A program made the translations under genes and the position numbers. From the NCBI GenBank assembly GCA_026025795.1, contig JAPEUG010000054.1:1-64000 (forward strand): DNA of 64,000 nucleotides, read 5' to 3'. Positions 13,101 to 26,529 of this stretch are shown one piece after another. Below the pieces are notes generated by a model. It was given only the letters and a program-made list of their open reading frames with translations. It was not told the DNA's origin and searched no databases. Source of the DNA: Thelocarpon superellum. Lineage: Eukaryota. The stretch's first letter is position 1; each line of letters begins with the position of its first letter.

Positions 13101-13690
13101 CGCTCGACGTGTATGGAGAACTAGTGGACGTCTTCGTCTTCCACTCCGGCCAGGAGGAAGACCCAGAAGATCGGCGTCTGCAGAGCGAGTACCTTGCTAG
13201 GTTGATGGGCACCTCGCCGCGGCCGTCGATCCTCCTCAGCTATCTGGTGACGAAGCCCAAGGAAGGGAACTATCACACCTACGTGAGCGAGACGAGCGGA
13301 ATGAAAGACATTGACGCAAGTGACTGGGATCGGTGGTGTGAGTATATCCTATACAAAGGCCTCAAGCGGGTGGGCTACGCGCGTGTCAGTCGCGGAACCA
13401 TCACGGATACCGAGATCCAGGTAAGCTGTGCCTCAATTTGTGCAGCGACAGAACACCATGGCTCATGGTGGAATGCCTAGGTCGGGAAGTTCCTCGTGGG
13501 TCAACCGGAGGGATCGGACGAGAGGATCGGCGAAGACCAGGTGCCACCCGGGCAGCGCTTCCCCGCGATATTTCGCGGTGAAGGAGTGCGAGGGCACCGA
13601 TACCATGTCTTTGACGAGCCACGGTAAGATCGACCCCCGATCCTGATCCGAAAGTTGTCAGTGGCTGATATATCTAGGTATTTTCAATAA
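10119..13690 (+). CDS. CWH43: GPI lipid remodelling protein Cwh43 (Frag1/PGAP2-like N-terminus, multipass membrane region, EEP-fold C-terminus)
   Basis: Motifs '[21 protein letters not shown]', '[13 protein letters not shown]', '[20 protein letters not shown]', 'LESDLQR', '[14 protein letters not shown]', 'DRWCEYILY'. Multi-intron gene; last micro-exon reads RYFQ* with TAA at 13688-13690. Confidence 0.95.
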
Positions 13691-14403
13691 GCCGTCTTGA
13701 TCACGTGCGACGTAGTCGACTGTGCCAAGGCGACGGGCGGTAGATTGTTCGGAAATCCAGTGAAGCAATGCGACATACTCCACCTGTCGAATTCTTGGCC
13801 TGTCACGACTTATGTATATACCGATGCACATCGGCCATTTGGAGTGGAGCACACCTCGATTCGTAGCCTCTTACGCTGCTGTACTTGTAAGATAGAGGGG
13901 GTTTGACGGGGGCGGGGACCTGCATATAATACGGGTAGGGTAAGAACGAGTGCCGAGAGACTCGCACCCTTGGCCGATCCTTTCTTGATTCGAGGTTTTA
14001 GCCCGCCCGGCCAACCAACGGTCTCCCTTACGTGTGCTTGGTGCTAAGCCACACGACCGCGGCGTGGGAGCGTCTCTGTTCAGGGTCGAGCTCTACGTAG
14101 GGCGCGCGGTCAGCGGTACGGAGGGCGACAAGAGGGAGGGGAGGGATCGACCAAACGTCACTCATCAAACGTCACCCTCTGACTTGCGCCGAGTTGGCGC
14201 CGTAGCAGGCGTAGTTGGCGTAGGTTGTCACCCCACAACGTGATCCTTCTCACGCTCCGCCCTCCTTCACTCGTCCACTCGACTCGTGTGATGACCGACA
14301 CATGATCTTGTTCCACCACCTTATGCGTCCCCTCGTCACCCGTCCATTTCACCTATAGTTACACCTCATCTCCCGTCTCCCCTCGTTTCCTTCCGCCTCC
14401 GCC

Positions 14404-15666
14404 ATGGCTTCCACACATCCAACGATGGAATTGGATCCGAAGTACGATCACTACGACTACCCCACCACCAGCCCCGACGTGCGTCCGGGGCATCCTGGCC
14501 ACACCACCAAGGAGCAAGATGCACAGGTTCATCAACTGCGCATGTTGCTCGAGGCGTCGGATGTCACCGAACGGTTAGATACTTTGACCTTGGTTCGCCC
14601 GCCGGCCTCTCGAAGGGCAAGGACGCCCCGCTGACCACGCGCGTAGCTTCGTTTCTTGCGGGCACGAAAGTTCAACGTGGAACTCGCCAAGCAGATGTGA
14701 GTGGCATGTGCTGGACCAGGGCCGACGGCCGACGGACGACGTGTAGCTGACACGGGCGCGGTAGGTTCCTCGACTGCGAAAAGTGGCGAAGGGAGTTTGA
14801 GGTCGACAAACTGGTGCGCACCTTCGACTACGTCGAGAAGCCGGAAGTGTTTGAGTTTTATCCACAGTACTACCACAAGACCGACAAAGTGAGCGGCCCG
14901 AGTGGGCGGTGGCGGGCGTCGCTGACATGATGTCCAGGATGGTCGACCCGTGTACATTGAGCAACTCGGCAAGATCGATCTGCCAGCCATGTACAAGATC
15001 ACGACGGGCGAGCGGATGCTGCAGAACTTGGTGGTGGAGTATGAGAAGCTGTCCGATCCGCGCCTACCGGCGTGCTCACGGAAAGCCGGACAGCTGCTCG
15101 AGACGTGCTGCACCATCATGGACCTCAAGGGCGTCGGCTTGAACCGCGTGAGCTCGGTTTACAACTACGTCCGGCAGGCGTCGGCCATCTCGCAGAATTA
15201 CTATCCCGAACGACTGGGCAAGCTGTATCTGATCAACGCGCCGTGGGGCTTCTCTTCGGTGTTTAGCATCATCAAGGGTTTCCTCGATCCGGTGACGGTG
15301 CAAAAGATCCACATCCTTGGGGCCACCTACCAAACCGAACTCCTGGAGCAAGTCCCGGCAGAGAACCTCCCCAAAACCTTTGGCGGCCAATGCGATTGTG
15401 ACGGCGGATGTGCCCTCAGCGACATGGGCCCGTGGCAGGAGGCGGAATGGACCAAGACTCCCAAATGGGCCAAGCACCAACCGGGCAAGGGCAAAGACGA
15501 GACGATTGAAAACGCTTCCTCGGATATCACCAAGACCACCGATGGTGAAGGCTCTGCTCCCGCGAGAGCCTCGGGCTCGACCTCGGAACCCCCAGTATAT
15601 GACGACCACACCGCCGACGGATCGTTTCACACGGCGCCCCTCGACCAGAAAAAGGTGGCGGAGTAA
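14404..15666 (+). CDS. SEC14: Sec14 phosphatidylinositol/phosphatidylcholine transfer protein
   Basis: '[19 protein letters not shown]', '[25 protein letters not shown]', '[23 protein letters not shown]', '[20 protein letters not shown]'. Three introns. Confidence 0.96.
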
Positions 15667-16183
15667 TGCCAATATGCCATCCCCTCCTTCCGTCTTGTCT
15701 ACCAACTGGTATAGTAGCTATTGGCTAAATCGGCAGGGAGGCCTAAAAGAACTCATATGTGGGCGTGTGTTTTTCCTAGTCGGGATGGGACGAGACAAGA
15801 CGAAAGGTGACGAGACCAGACGAAAGGGAGAAGACACAGTAGTGGAGCCAAACAGCCGACCAGCCGGCCAGCCAGCCAGAGAGCCAGCCAGCGGGCACAG
15901 ACGCAAAGCGAGCGAGCAAAGGAATAGCAGTCGGAGTCAGGAGAATAGAACTCCTCAACGAAAAGGGTAGAGATGAGATACGATGCGTGCATGTAACTGC
16001 GCCGGTGTTCTTTGACCCAGGCCATCCCGCTCGATGCTCCATCATACAAGTGAGGAAAGGTGCAATCGAATGCGCATCGTCCGTATACGCCGTGTCCCCA
16101 AGTTCAACTTCAACGCCTCGTTGACCCATCCATCGCACCAATGCATCCATCGTATCCATCGTATCAACGACATGAGAAACAAA

Positions 16184-17185
16184 TCATGAACCCTCCGCGC
16201 CGCCCAGATACTCAACAGCCCTCTCAGCGCGCTCGAGTTTCGCCACCGTGCCGGGCAGCGTATCCTTCAGCGCCACGAGGCCCGTGACGGCGCCGGCCCA
16301 GGTCTGCTCCATCTCGCGCTGGCGCGGTAGCGCGGCTTGTATCTTCTCCACCGCCATATCCACCTCCACCTCCATCTCCGTCCCGTGTCCTTTGTCCTTC
16401 CTTGCGCCGGCCTCGGTCGCGATCCTGGTGGACGAGGGTGCAGCTGATGACGAAAGGGCGGAAGTGGAGGGGGGGCGCATGGCGGCAACGATCGCCTCAT
16501 CCTCCTCGAGCAATGTCGCAAAGCGCTCTTTGAAGGCCGCCGCTGCATCCGCGGGTGCCGTGCGTCGCAGGCTGGTGGTGCTGAGGGTGAGAGACTCGAT
16601 GGAGGCGTGCAGGCCCTGGACGCGCGTCGCGAGCTCGGTGTCAAACGGCTCGTATTCGATCTCGACCTCGTCGTCTACTTCGCTCCCTTTCCCTGCCGTT
16701 CCATCGCGTGTGCTCGCTTTGCTGGGGAAGAGGGAGGGCGCGGGCAAGCCGTTCACGGTTATGTTCGCGTAGGCGTACTCGAATGTTTGGCGCACGTACT
16801 GGTTGCGTCTCCTGTCAGCGGGACTTGACATTGGTCCTTCCTTCTCTGTTCGAGTAGGGTCCATGGAGGTAGAGGTGGAGGTATATCAGACGTATAAGAG
16901 GAGGTGGGGACGAGAGTGGATGCGTACATCGAGAACTAGATCCTCTACGCGTCGTCTCAGCGCGTCTTCCTTTCCTTTGACGTTCCCATTCCCTCTCCCT
17001 CTCTTTCCTGCATCTGCGACCCCTTCATCGTCATCCAATACAGCAGCGGAGGGCGGGAAATTCAGGTCCAATTTCTGGTACGCGGCGCGCTTGACGTTCG
17101 CGATCAGGAAGCGCAGATCCTCTGCTGATTGAAGCTCGATTTTGCGGTAGCTTTGGGCCTGTGATAGAGCCTGCATTGTCGTCAT
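16184..17185 (-). CDS. NSL1: Kinetochore MIND complex subunit, Mis14/Nsl1-like
   Basis: 'YRKIELQSAEDLRFLIANV...KLDLNFPP', 'NITVNGL', 'EYEPFDTELATRV...LRRTAP', 'LPGTVAKLERA'. One intron at ~16927-16800. Confidence 0.75.
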
Positions 17186-17754
17186 GACTGTGTTTGTCTC
17201 ACAGCTCTCGTTCAGGTCTGGGATGATTAGCTTGTGTGTGAATCGTGGGAAGTGGGTCGTGGGATTCGCGATGGTGTTGGCGTTGTCTTTCGTGTTTACA
17301 TTGCGTGCACTTTCTCGCCATTCGATGTTCGTTTCATTTTCGCTACGAGTGGTTACGGCATATTACTGCAAGCCTTCCGCCATGGCACGTGCAGCTCTTG
17401 GCTGATAAGACGGACAGCCTGCCTCGCCAATGGCTGCTTGGGCGCGCGACCGAAACGACTCTTCGCCCCTCAATTCCCCGCCCCTCAGTGGCGTGGCAGG
17501 TCGTCATCCAACCCGTAACTACGAGCGTTAACCCCCACCTCGTCAGTCTTCCTACTCGTCTTCGTACTCGTACCATGAATACGTCCTCGATTTTCGTACA
17601 TTACTCGTACAAGCCGCCTAGCAGTAACGATCAGACCCAAGGTCGTGGAAAAGAATCGCTCTGGAAAGTGCTATCGCCATCCAAAACCCCATTTCTCGCC
17701 CCTTGATGATCTCCGATTTCCATACAGTCATTGCGTCATCAACAAATCTACCTC

Positions 17755-18404
17755 TTATTGAGGGAAAAGCTCTTGAACCTCGGCCTCGGTCAATACAATC
17801 TCATGGACCGGGTCTTGTTTCCGTTCCAATTCTGATGAGTCGTATTCGCCGTACGAAGGGAGGAAGATATCTGTCCATTTACATCAGAACCCAGTTCTCA
17901 TATCTTATATATCAGAATATTCCGTAAAGCATACCTTGGTTCCAGTCGAAGCCTTGGGACGCTTTGACGCAAGTAATCTAACCAGACAGTGAGCAACGAG
18001 GCTACGTGCACGACAAGAATCAAGCCTGAGGGTGACAAACGTAACTTACCAGCCGCGGCGGTCCGTCAGGATGTCCAACGTTGATGACGGTGTGTTCTTG
18101 ATGCGAGATGGTGGAGCCTGGGGTTTGACGCCGTCTCAGTGACCATGCCACCCAGCTGCGGACATGACTCACCAAGCAACGACGGTCGGCCTTGGTGGTG
18201 AGATCGTCGGAAGGGCAGGGGAGAGGCAGACGCGGCTCCGCATGATGGGTCATGCGCGGATGAGGGAGAGGAAGAGGAGGAGGAAGAGAGAGTAGGCGAT
18301 GCGGACGAGGACGCGAAAGAAGCCGAGGACGGAGAGCTTGTTGCCTGGCTCATCTGGGCCCTCCGCAGACCCTCTCCACTTGGAATGTCGATGTACTCCG
18401 TCAT
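17755..18404 (-). CDS. Small 4-exon hypothetical protein (152 aa), Ser-rich N-terminus and 'CVKASQGFDWNQDIFLPSY' C-terminal block
   Basis: Exons 18404-18173, 18117-18050, 17977-17935 and 17870-17755 join through GT-AG introns into one 459-nt frame ending 'DPVHEIVLTEAEVQELFPQ*'. Confidence 0.78.
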
Positions 18405-20181
18405 GACGATAGAACGAATGTGAATAGGCGGCAGAGAAATCGGATTCTGTTCTGATTTAACGCTCACGGTTGCCTTGGGGAGACTTATGGGAATGGATCA
18501 TGGGCAATGGTGAATTCAATCGACGGGGGTACTCTGCGTAGGTATCTGAACTTCGTACCAAGTACGAAGAATCCACCCATACGGAGGACTGGGACCTCGT
18601 AACTTGGACCTCATACCGAGGACTCTCTGACTACTCGTACATAACGGAACTGGAGCTCCGCGTGAGCTCAAAACCGCGCACGGCCTACATGAGTAAGGAG
18701 AACGCCTGTGACTCAGCCTTGGTCGGCCCTTACTGGCACTCCAACGAACTGCCACTAGGGAGAGCCAAGTTACTCTCGCGCACGCCGCGCCTAAGGGCAA
18801 CGATTGGATCTTGATGCGTCTCGAGTGTAAGATGTTGTTGAACCTTCCTCTATGCGTGTTTGCATTGATGATGTCTTGCAATCTCTTAGATCTTGACGGT
18901 TTGTTACGACACAATTACCTACCGTGAAAATAAATAACCCAGGTTTGCAGTGACTAGAGTGTGACAAAGACCTCTCTACCGCTGCGGGCGAGTATGGCCA
19001 CGGATCAGAGGGTATAGAAGTCTCCTTAGATCCTGATTAATCTTCTCCTACTCCTCTCAATTGCCCTATATACTCTCGAGAAGCCAGGAGAGACACTTCT
19101 AACCTCCAACACCCTACACTCCCCCGCGACGCTCCATAAACACCACTGATATCTCGATCACCTCACAACGATGCCTGCAGGACAGGCAAACGCCAAGCAG
19201 TCGAGAGCACTGCAGCAGAGCGACAGCTCTGCTCTAGATAGCTTCGTGCAGGTTCCTCCCAGCTGTCGAGCCGCATCTACCTTGCGGACCCTTGCTCGTC
19301 AAGGTATTGCTCTGTCGTCAATCCTCATCCGGACCCATCAGTCGCTGTTGAGGACGCGGCGAGCTGCCTTCTCCTTTGCTGCTGCGTGGCTGGGCCTTCC
19401 CATACGTACAAGGTCGTACATCTGGATTTCTTCCACCACGACTGCCCACCTTCCATGATCCTCGACGGAGGGGCTCGGGGAAAACTCGACTCCGATCTCA
19501 AGAGCCAATACTTCTCCGTCTGAATCACTACTTCCAGTGCCTTCAATATCTAGAAGACCTTGAGAACGTCCCAGCAGCCAGCGAGTCCGAATCTGCCCTG
19601 TCTTTCTCCCCTGCCACCACGATATGCTAGAATAGGTCCTTTGTCAAGGTGGACCGGACGAGTGGACGTGTGACCTGGTGCGAATCAATCGCAGCCTGCG
19701 ATGCAGCGCTAGGGTGGAACCTTGAACGGTGTGGAGTAGTTTACGACCAATTGCCATCCCTGACTTACCCCATCAAAGCTAGCTAAAAGATAGTCGATCG
19801 CGGAGGCCTCCTCGACGTGATATGATCAGAAGCAGATGAAGCCCAAGATTAGCGAGTGTGAGACGGGGGTGATGATGATGCAGATGCAGACCAGAGCAAA
19901 GCATGGAAACGCGCGAGTGAGCGCAGCTCACCCGCGCCCCAAGAGACAAGAAAATGAAATAAACGACTCCTCTGTGTGTCCGAGTGTCCGAGTGTCCGAG
20001 TGCCTGAGATCTGAACGTGTCTTGCCAAGGCGATCGTCCGCCAAGTCATCCAAATTCCCTTCCCATCCCATGCCCCTGCTGCATCGCATCCCGGACCGGA
20101 CCCATGAGACGCCAGATGCCCGGAACCTCCTGACCCTGCCAGACGAGCCCCTCGCCAGCCCAACGCTCGTCGCGCTCCCGC

Positions 20182-22929
20182 TCACCACCCCTTCTTTCGC
20201 GCGAATCGTTTGTTGAGAAGGGCCAGCACCTTGGGTACATTGAACTGGACGTACTCCAGGTCGAGGTCTTCTTGGTTATCCTTCTGCATCTCCAGAAGGT
20301 CATCCAACTTGAGGTCAAGCTCTAGCAGACCGCGACTGCGTCCTAAGAGTTGCAACGCCCGTTAGCTGGGTTCCCCGCGAGGATTGGAGCAGCGTCCAAC
20401 GCCTTACCCTTGTAATGCAACGAGATCACAAACGTCCCCGGCAAGGGCGAGGTGAAGTTGAAGTAGATGTTGGCCCGCCGATTATCCGGCACATTGCTCT
20501 TCTGAATCACCCCTTCCTTCTCCAGCTGCTGGTGGGTGAACTTGTAGGGCCCGAGGATCTGATGTTTCTGTTGCTTGCGTTGCTTGCCCTCGGACTGGCT
20601 GCGCACGTTGTGCAGATAGGACTTGTACGTCTCCAGCTGCCCCACCAGGTAGCTGTTGTGGTCGCGAATCGTGCGGAAGACCTCATCAAGCTTCCGGCTC
20701 TCGTCCACCACCTTGTCTTTCAACGAGCCGAGATGTACCAGCTCCTGCTCGACCTCGTCGCGAAGCAGCGAGAAGTCATCGGCCTTGTCAATCACGTCGA
20801 GTTCTTGCAGCTGGCTGAGCAGCTCCATCGCCCGGATCCCCTTGCGTACCATGACGGCATCGTTGCGCAACGTCGCCGCTGCATCCGCCACCTTGGCTAA
20901 CCGCAGCGGCCGCTTCGTCACGGCGGTGTTCGAAGGAAGCGCACGCATGATCTGCACAAAGGTCGACTTGGCCTCCATGAAGTAGACCTCTTCTTGCGTG
21001 ATGTCCAGCGCCGCCGTGAGATCATCGATCGCCGTCTCCCACCGGCTGTACAAGGGAAGGCTGATGGTACGATTCTCCTTGCGCGGCAGCTGTGCCGGTG
21101 CCGGTCCCAAGTCCTTGAGCAACGTATTGAGGTGCGAGTTCTCGTCCTTGGCCTGAATCAAGGGGGATCAGCGGTCTTTCTCGCTTCGTGCAGCCTGCGT
21201 TTGGCACCTACCAATGCAGTCGCATGCTTCTCGAGCAGGGCATGCGTGGCATACACCTCGTTGAGGGTGATGGAAAGTTCGAGGTCTTTCTTGGAAAGGG
21301 CCACGTAATTGTCCATCTCCAGGCTCTCGTAAAAGTCCTGCACTTCGCAGAGGTCGAGCAGGAACTTGTTGACGCGCTCCTTGTTCTGTTCGATGAAGGG
21401 TTGCAGTTTGGCCATGTACGGCTCCTTAGCATACGATGGCTTATTGGCCAGATTTTGCAACATCTTGGCAATCTGTTTGCGCGTGGTGAGATGGGTCTTA
21501 TCACAAGTGGATCGGTCCGACTTACGAGGGTCAGGGTTCGTCGTGGATGGTCAGCCGGTGTGCCGTCGATGAGCATGTAGGACCGTGGAGTGACGATGGC
21601 GGGGTTGATGAACCGCAGGAAAAAGAAGCCGCCGATCAATGTGCAGATGACCTGATCTGGGACATCCGGGTATTTACGCTAGCTTGGCATCAGTTCCCGC
21701 TCAGGCCGGTCCGCGCTCGGGGATCACGTACGCGCGAGAGACTCCGAATCTGCTTGCATATCCATCGAATGCCCGTTGGCGTCTCCTCCAAGCCGTCGAT
21801 GATGGTGTTGAGGAAGGAGTTGGCAATGTCCATGAGGAGAGTAAGACGCGGCTCGATGATCGCCTGCACCTGCGCGTTCTCCGCCGCCTGCTCGGCCGTG
21901 ACTCCTTTGGGCAGTGAGGCCGGCACACTCCCCGTATCTTCCTCTATTTTGGCGACCATGCGCTCATATACTTTGAGCGGGTTGATCTCGAGGTCCATGT
22001 CCTTGAGCTCGATGAGCGAATTGATGCGCTCGGCCAACACCACCTTCAAGTATCGCTGACCGGGGCCACGGCGCGTATAGGTGGTCATCATCCGCGACAC
22101 GGGGGTGTTAGCGCGCAGTAATGAGGAGTACTCGGGGGTGTTGTCGAATTGATAGGTCAACACCGACTGCGCTCCATGTCAGACACATGCCGTTGGATGC
22201 CGAGCGGCAAGGGGGACCAACCTGGAACATGGTCAAGAGTAGATGCTCCTCGCGACTCTCGTACTGGTTCCCGTAGATGGTGAACATGACCGTCTGCAAT
22301 AGCGAGTCGATTTCCGCCATGGTCACGAGACGACACAGGTGTGCGATGTGACGGGGCTCGGATTGGAGGAGGAAGAGCAGATTACCATATTTCTGCGTCT
22401 TGTCGTCATTGGGAAAGAAGCCTTCCTGGACGTCGGTGGCGTCGTCTAGGTGGCTGGCGATTTCGTTTTGCTACAAGAGGTCAGCCCGGGGCCACGCATA
22501 CGCGAGGTGTGGGCGTGCACACCTCCTCCAAGGCAATCCGATTCTGGATCAGGAGCGCTATTCGCGAGTCGAGGTATCGCACATCCTTTTCGAGCACGAA
22601 GTTCTTCTTGGACTGCGAAGAGATTTTGGACTTGAGATCCCGTAAGGTCTTCTGGGCTGGTGGATCGTCAGCCCCTCGACATCTCCCTATCTGCAGCGGC
22701 AGGCACCCGGCCTCGTTGGCTTACCCTTGGCTAGGTCATCGTCAATTTCTCCGTCTTTTTCGTTTGCGGACATAGACATGTACAAGGCGGTGACGGAATA
22801 CCGCTTGGATTGCCGGATGGATCGGCCATCTTGGGAACCCATGGTGCTCTGGCGGGTGATGGGGATAAATGACGAAGACGAGGACGTGGAGGCTCGTGAG
22901 GGGCTCTGCAGCATAGTCGCCACCGACAT
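20182..22929 (-). CDS. Ras GTPase-activating protein, Gap1/Sar1 type (RasGAP + RasGAP_C)
   Basis: '[27 protein letters not shown]', '[16 protein letters not shown]', '[11 protein letters not shown]', '[16 protein letters not shown]', 'LQNLANKP', C-terminus 'FARKKGW*'. Multiple introns. Confidence 0.93.
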
Positions 22930-25900
22930 GTTCTGTCGGCGGGACAATAGGCACGACTGCCCAGAGGATGCGAGGGCCCAGCCGGCTCACTCACTCGGAG
23001 GCCTCCACGATCCGACCGACCGGTGACGATCACCCCGTCTCAAATCACCTCGCCAGGCTGTCCAGCTGCAGGGGCCGTGGTGGATCGACTTCGCCTAGGC
23101 GTAAGGAGAGGCGAATGTGGGGGCGCTTGGGGGTGGGAAGAGAGCGACGATGAGGCGGGGGGAGCGGATGCGAGCGGACAATGATACGGACGTGCCGTGG
23201 TCGTTTCGGCGCCGATGAAGACGATGGTAAGCGAGGCGGGCGTGGTCGCACGCGGGGGAAGGCAGCGCCGATGGGGGACGATTGAAGGCGTGGGGATCAA
23301 TACGGAGGCATCAATTGTATGCGCGAGGAGATGGGTGAAGGAAAGGATGATGATGGCAGCGGTTTGCGCCGTTGGGTGGACGTTGTGGGTGCGGACACAC
23401 GTTGATTCGTGCGAGAAGTGAAACGGGCGAGAGTGGGCAAGGGCGGTGGTGTCTGTCTGTGTCTCGGCTGTAGGAAGCGACCAGGACGGGGACCTAGGGA
23501 TGTCTTAGGCGCGTAGGCGCAGCACCGGGGGGTTGGAAGGAGGATGGCGTTGTGACGGCGCACGGTGCACGGAGCACGGCTGCCTTGGCCAGACCGATGG
23601 ATTCCACTGACTTCGTAGGTTCGGTGTCGACCTGTGCCCTATTTTCCGGCCTCCTACTAATCGTCGCTACGGTGGAACGAGAGGGAGAAGCGCCGGCGTC
23701 GGTCGTGGTCGCGGCGAAAAGCGTAGAGGAGTTGCTGAAGTGGCGTGGGTCCCGATACGAACGTCCCCGGACTACTTCTCACCCATCGTCCGATCGAACA
23801 GGGAGGTACGGGAAAAACGCTCGAGGCCGAGGGTCCCTACCTTTCGCTCTCTTACCTGCTGGTGCTGCAGTACGAGGTAACATACCAATAGGAGGGTGCG
23901 GATACGAGTCATTCACCGGGATGATGACGAAGGTCCTTGGACTGTGCGCGATACGAATAGCGTAGGTCGCGGACATATACGACGCCAGCTTCGGCAGTCC
24001 CACGACCATACGATCTGCGATCCTCCTTGGCCTGGTACCTCACGGTCAAGCTGTCAATGTCCAATCAGCCGCCAGTTTTCTTGTCTAGCACTCGAGACAT
24101 GATGCGTGGTCATGAGGAACGGGATCGTCGCGCAAGCAGTATAAAATGACAGTTATCGGCGCCGTGTCGGCCTCGATCCTGCCTGCCCGCCTCAGCTGCG
24201 CGTATCCCGTAGTCGAGGACAGCTTCCTGCCCCACCGCCACGGAGCGTTGCAGGCGCCCGTCGTCCATCGGCTACGGCACATCGAATAGTCGTCTGCCTG
24301 GCGTGACTAGGGCCCACTGGTGATCGGCACAACGCAAAAACATTGCCCTCACCCGATATCATTATTACTGCAGCGCTAGTTTCAGATTTGCCATCGCGAC
24401 GAGACGTCGGCATGTCCATTGCGCATGACGGTGTTGGTGCAACCGCTGGTCTGGCACGCGGGCGGACTCTCCTCCGAGCGAGGCAGTCACGGCGGTGTCG
24501 AAGGTTTGCGTTGACTCCTTGATGGCGAGGCCTAGCTCGGCTTGCTGGACCCGGAAACTCACCGTGTGGTAACGATTTGGAGAAGAATCTTATCGGTGAT
24601 GGACCGGTTCCGCGTTGACGGCGTCCAACCCGCCACGTTACTTGTCCTGACTTGCGCCGCCGCGTTGTCAGTCTGGGGAAGAATGCGAGGCACGATGCCA
24701 GGCGTCGGCGGCGACGGCGCAGGATAGGGGCGGCGCTAAGCCTGAGCCAAGCAAGGGCCTCAGGTCATGAGACCTGAAACTTTCCCGCCAAACGTCCAGC
24801 CCGGTACAGGTACGGGCGGCCAAGGTACGGAATACCACCGGACCTGGCGCCCGCGACGTGTCGTGCACGGAAAGGAATGAGCTACGTCTGCTCGCCCCTG
24901 TCATCTTCGCCGCTCCACGGCATTCATCTCGATTGGGTAGATCATGCTGCATGCCAATTTGGAGGCCTGGACCTGCACTAGGCGGAGCGAATGTGACCCA
25001 GCGCCAGCGTACTCCAGACTTGTCTCATACGTCACAGGTACAGCACGAGCATCACCTACACCCATCTGGGAGCGCTGCCGTGGTACCGGGACTCGGGGCA
25101 TGTACGCCACAGGGACCCTGTTTGGAACAAGCCATGCTGGCGGGTCGACTTGCAGCGCTTGCTATCATGTTTGGAACCGGAATACCAACATCTCGAACCA
25201 AGCCTCCGAGCAGTATATACTTCCGCACCAGATCCCATGGACTCTTAGTTAGAAAGCGGCCATTGTTCGCGATGCACGCAACTCATTCTGAAGAGGGAAG
25301 GGATGAGGAGGGGGGCGATACAGGCTCCTGCCGTTTCTGCAATTGGCGGAGCGGTATTAGATTTTGCTGATTATTGGATCGCCGTGTCGTACAGTAGCAA
25401 TTACGTGACGTTACAAGCAACAGGTGCGGTACAACCACGGCATACTATGCCAGCTGCGGAGGACTATGGAGGGTGCCACACCGCCGTACTTGGCCACTGA
25501 TAGAGAAGTACTTCGTACTACTTCTCATAGTTTGCCCTTTGGCCCGCTCGCCCACGGTACCAGCAGGCAGCAGAGGATGAGAGATTGGAGCGAGGATCTT
25601 TCCAACTCAGGTATGCTTTCGTTCTTGGTCCAGAGAGCTCTATCTCTCAATCAGTTAGAGTCTTGGGATACAACGGGATTGCCGGGCCTTACATTTGCGC
25701 CGCAGATGCTCCATATCATTGGCGTCATTCTCCTTTCGGGCTTCTTCGATCATGGACTCGAGCCCTTTTTCCTTCAGAGCGGTCTAGGTCAAGAGTCAGA
25801 GACGTGACGAGCATCAGGACGAGCGCAGTGACAGACGGTCAGACAGGCTTGGTACCGTTTGAATAACGGAGCGCAGTCGTCGCTGGAGGCGTGGCCTTTT

Positions 25901-26529
25901 AGGTATTCTGCAGTCGTTAAGACTGAGCGTAGCTCACTTCAGCTCGAGGCTGCATACTCTCACTGTACCACTTCAGGAAACACGTATCATATCGCCTGGA
26001 ATGCCGATTAGAGGTCAAGTGCCAGTAGGACCAAGTCCCTCGACCTCACTCTTTGCTTTCATTGCACTCGGTCGCGAGTGAGGCGGACATGGCGTGAGGG
26101 CCACCCTCGCCAATTCCCCGTGTCACTGATCGGTTCACAGTCGGGACCTATCACCGCCGAAGGCCAGCATGATTGGGTGTATCGAAAAGGATGGTTCCAA
26201 AGTAGCTGAGCGAGCGGGTGACTTCTTTGACGACAGCCTAGGATCGAGCTGCCTTAGCTGCACAGCTGTGACGCAGTGCAGAAGGCTGGAAGGCGAAGGT
26301 TTCGCCTATGCCCAACCCCGGACGTGACCCTTCGAAACTCACCACGCTTTTTTGTTAGTCGTACGCACGCAGCACAGGCTGTACAGGTCAACATCATCGC
26401 TTCAATCGTAGCTGTTGTTCCTCCAGCACCGGTCATGTGTCCGCCTGGTCAAGCAACCAGAACTTGACTTGGCGCTGCAGAATCTGCTGGTTGAGCGCGA
26501 CCGAGGGGGACCGAACACCCCCACCCGGC

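Noticed and set aside
19171..19630. Short ORFs with a plausible ATG context downstream of a TATA-like sequence
   Set aside because: No recognisable motif and no convincing splice model; cannot be supported without RNA data.
23000..26450. Many short ORFs in the 3.5-kb divergent spacer between the RasGAP gene and RRP6
   Set aside because: No coherent coding signal, tRNA cloverleaf or transposon hallmark was recognised.
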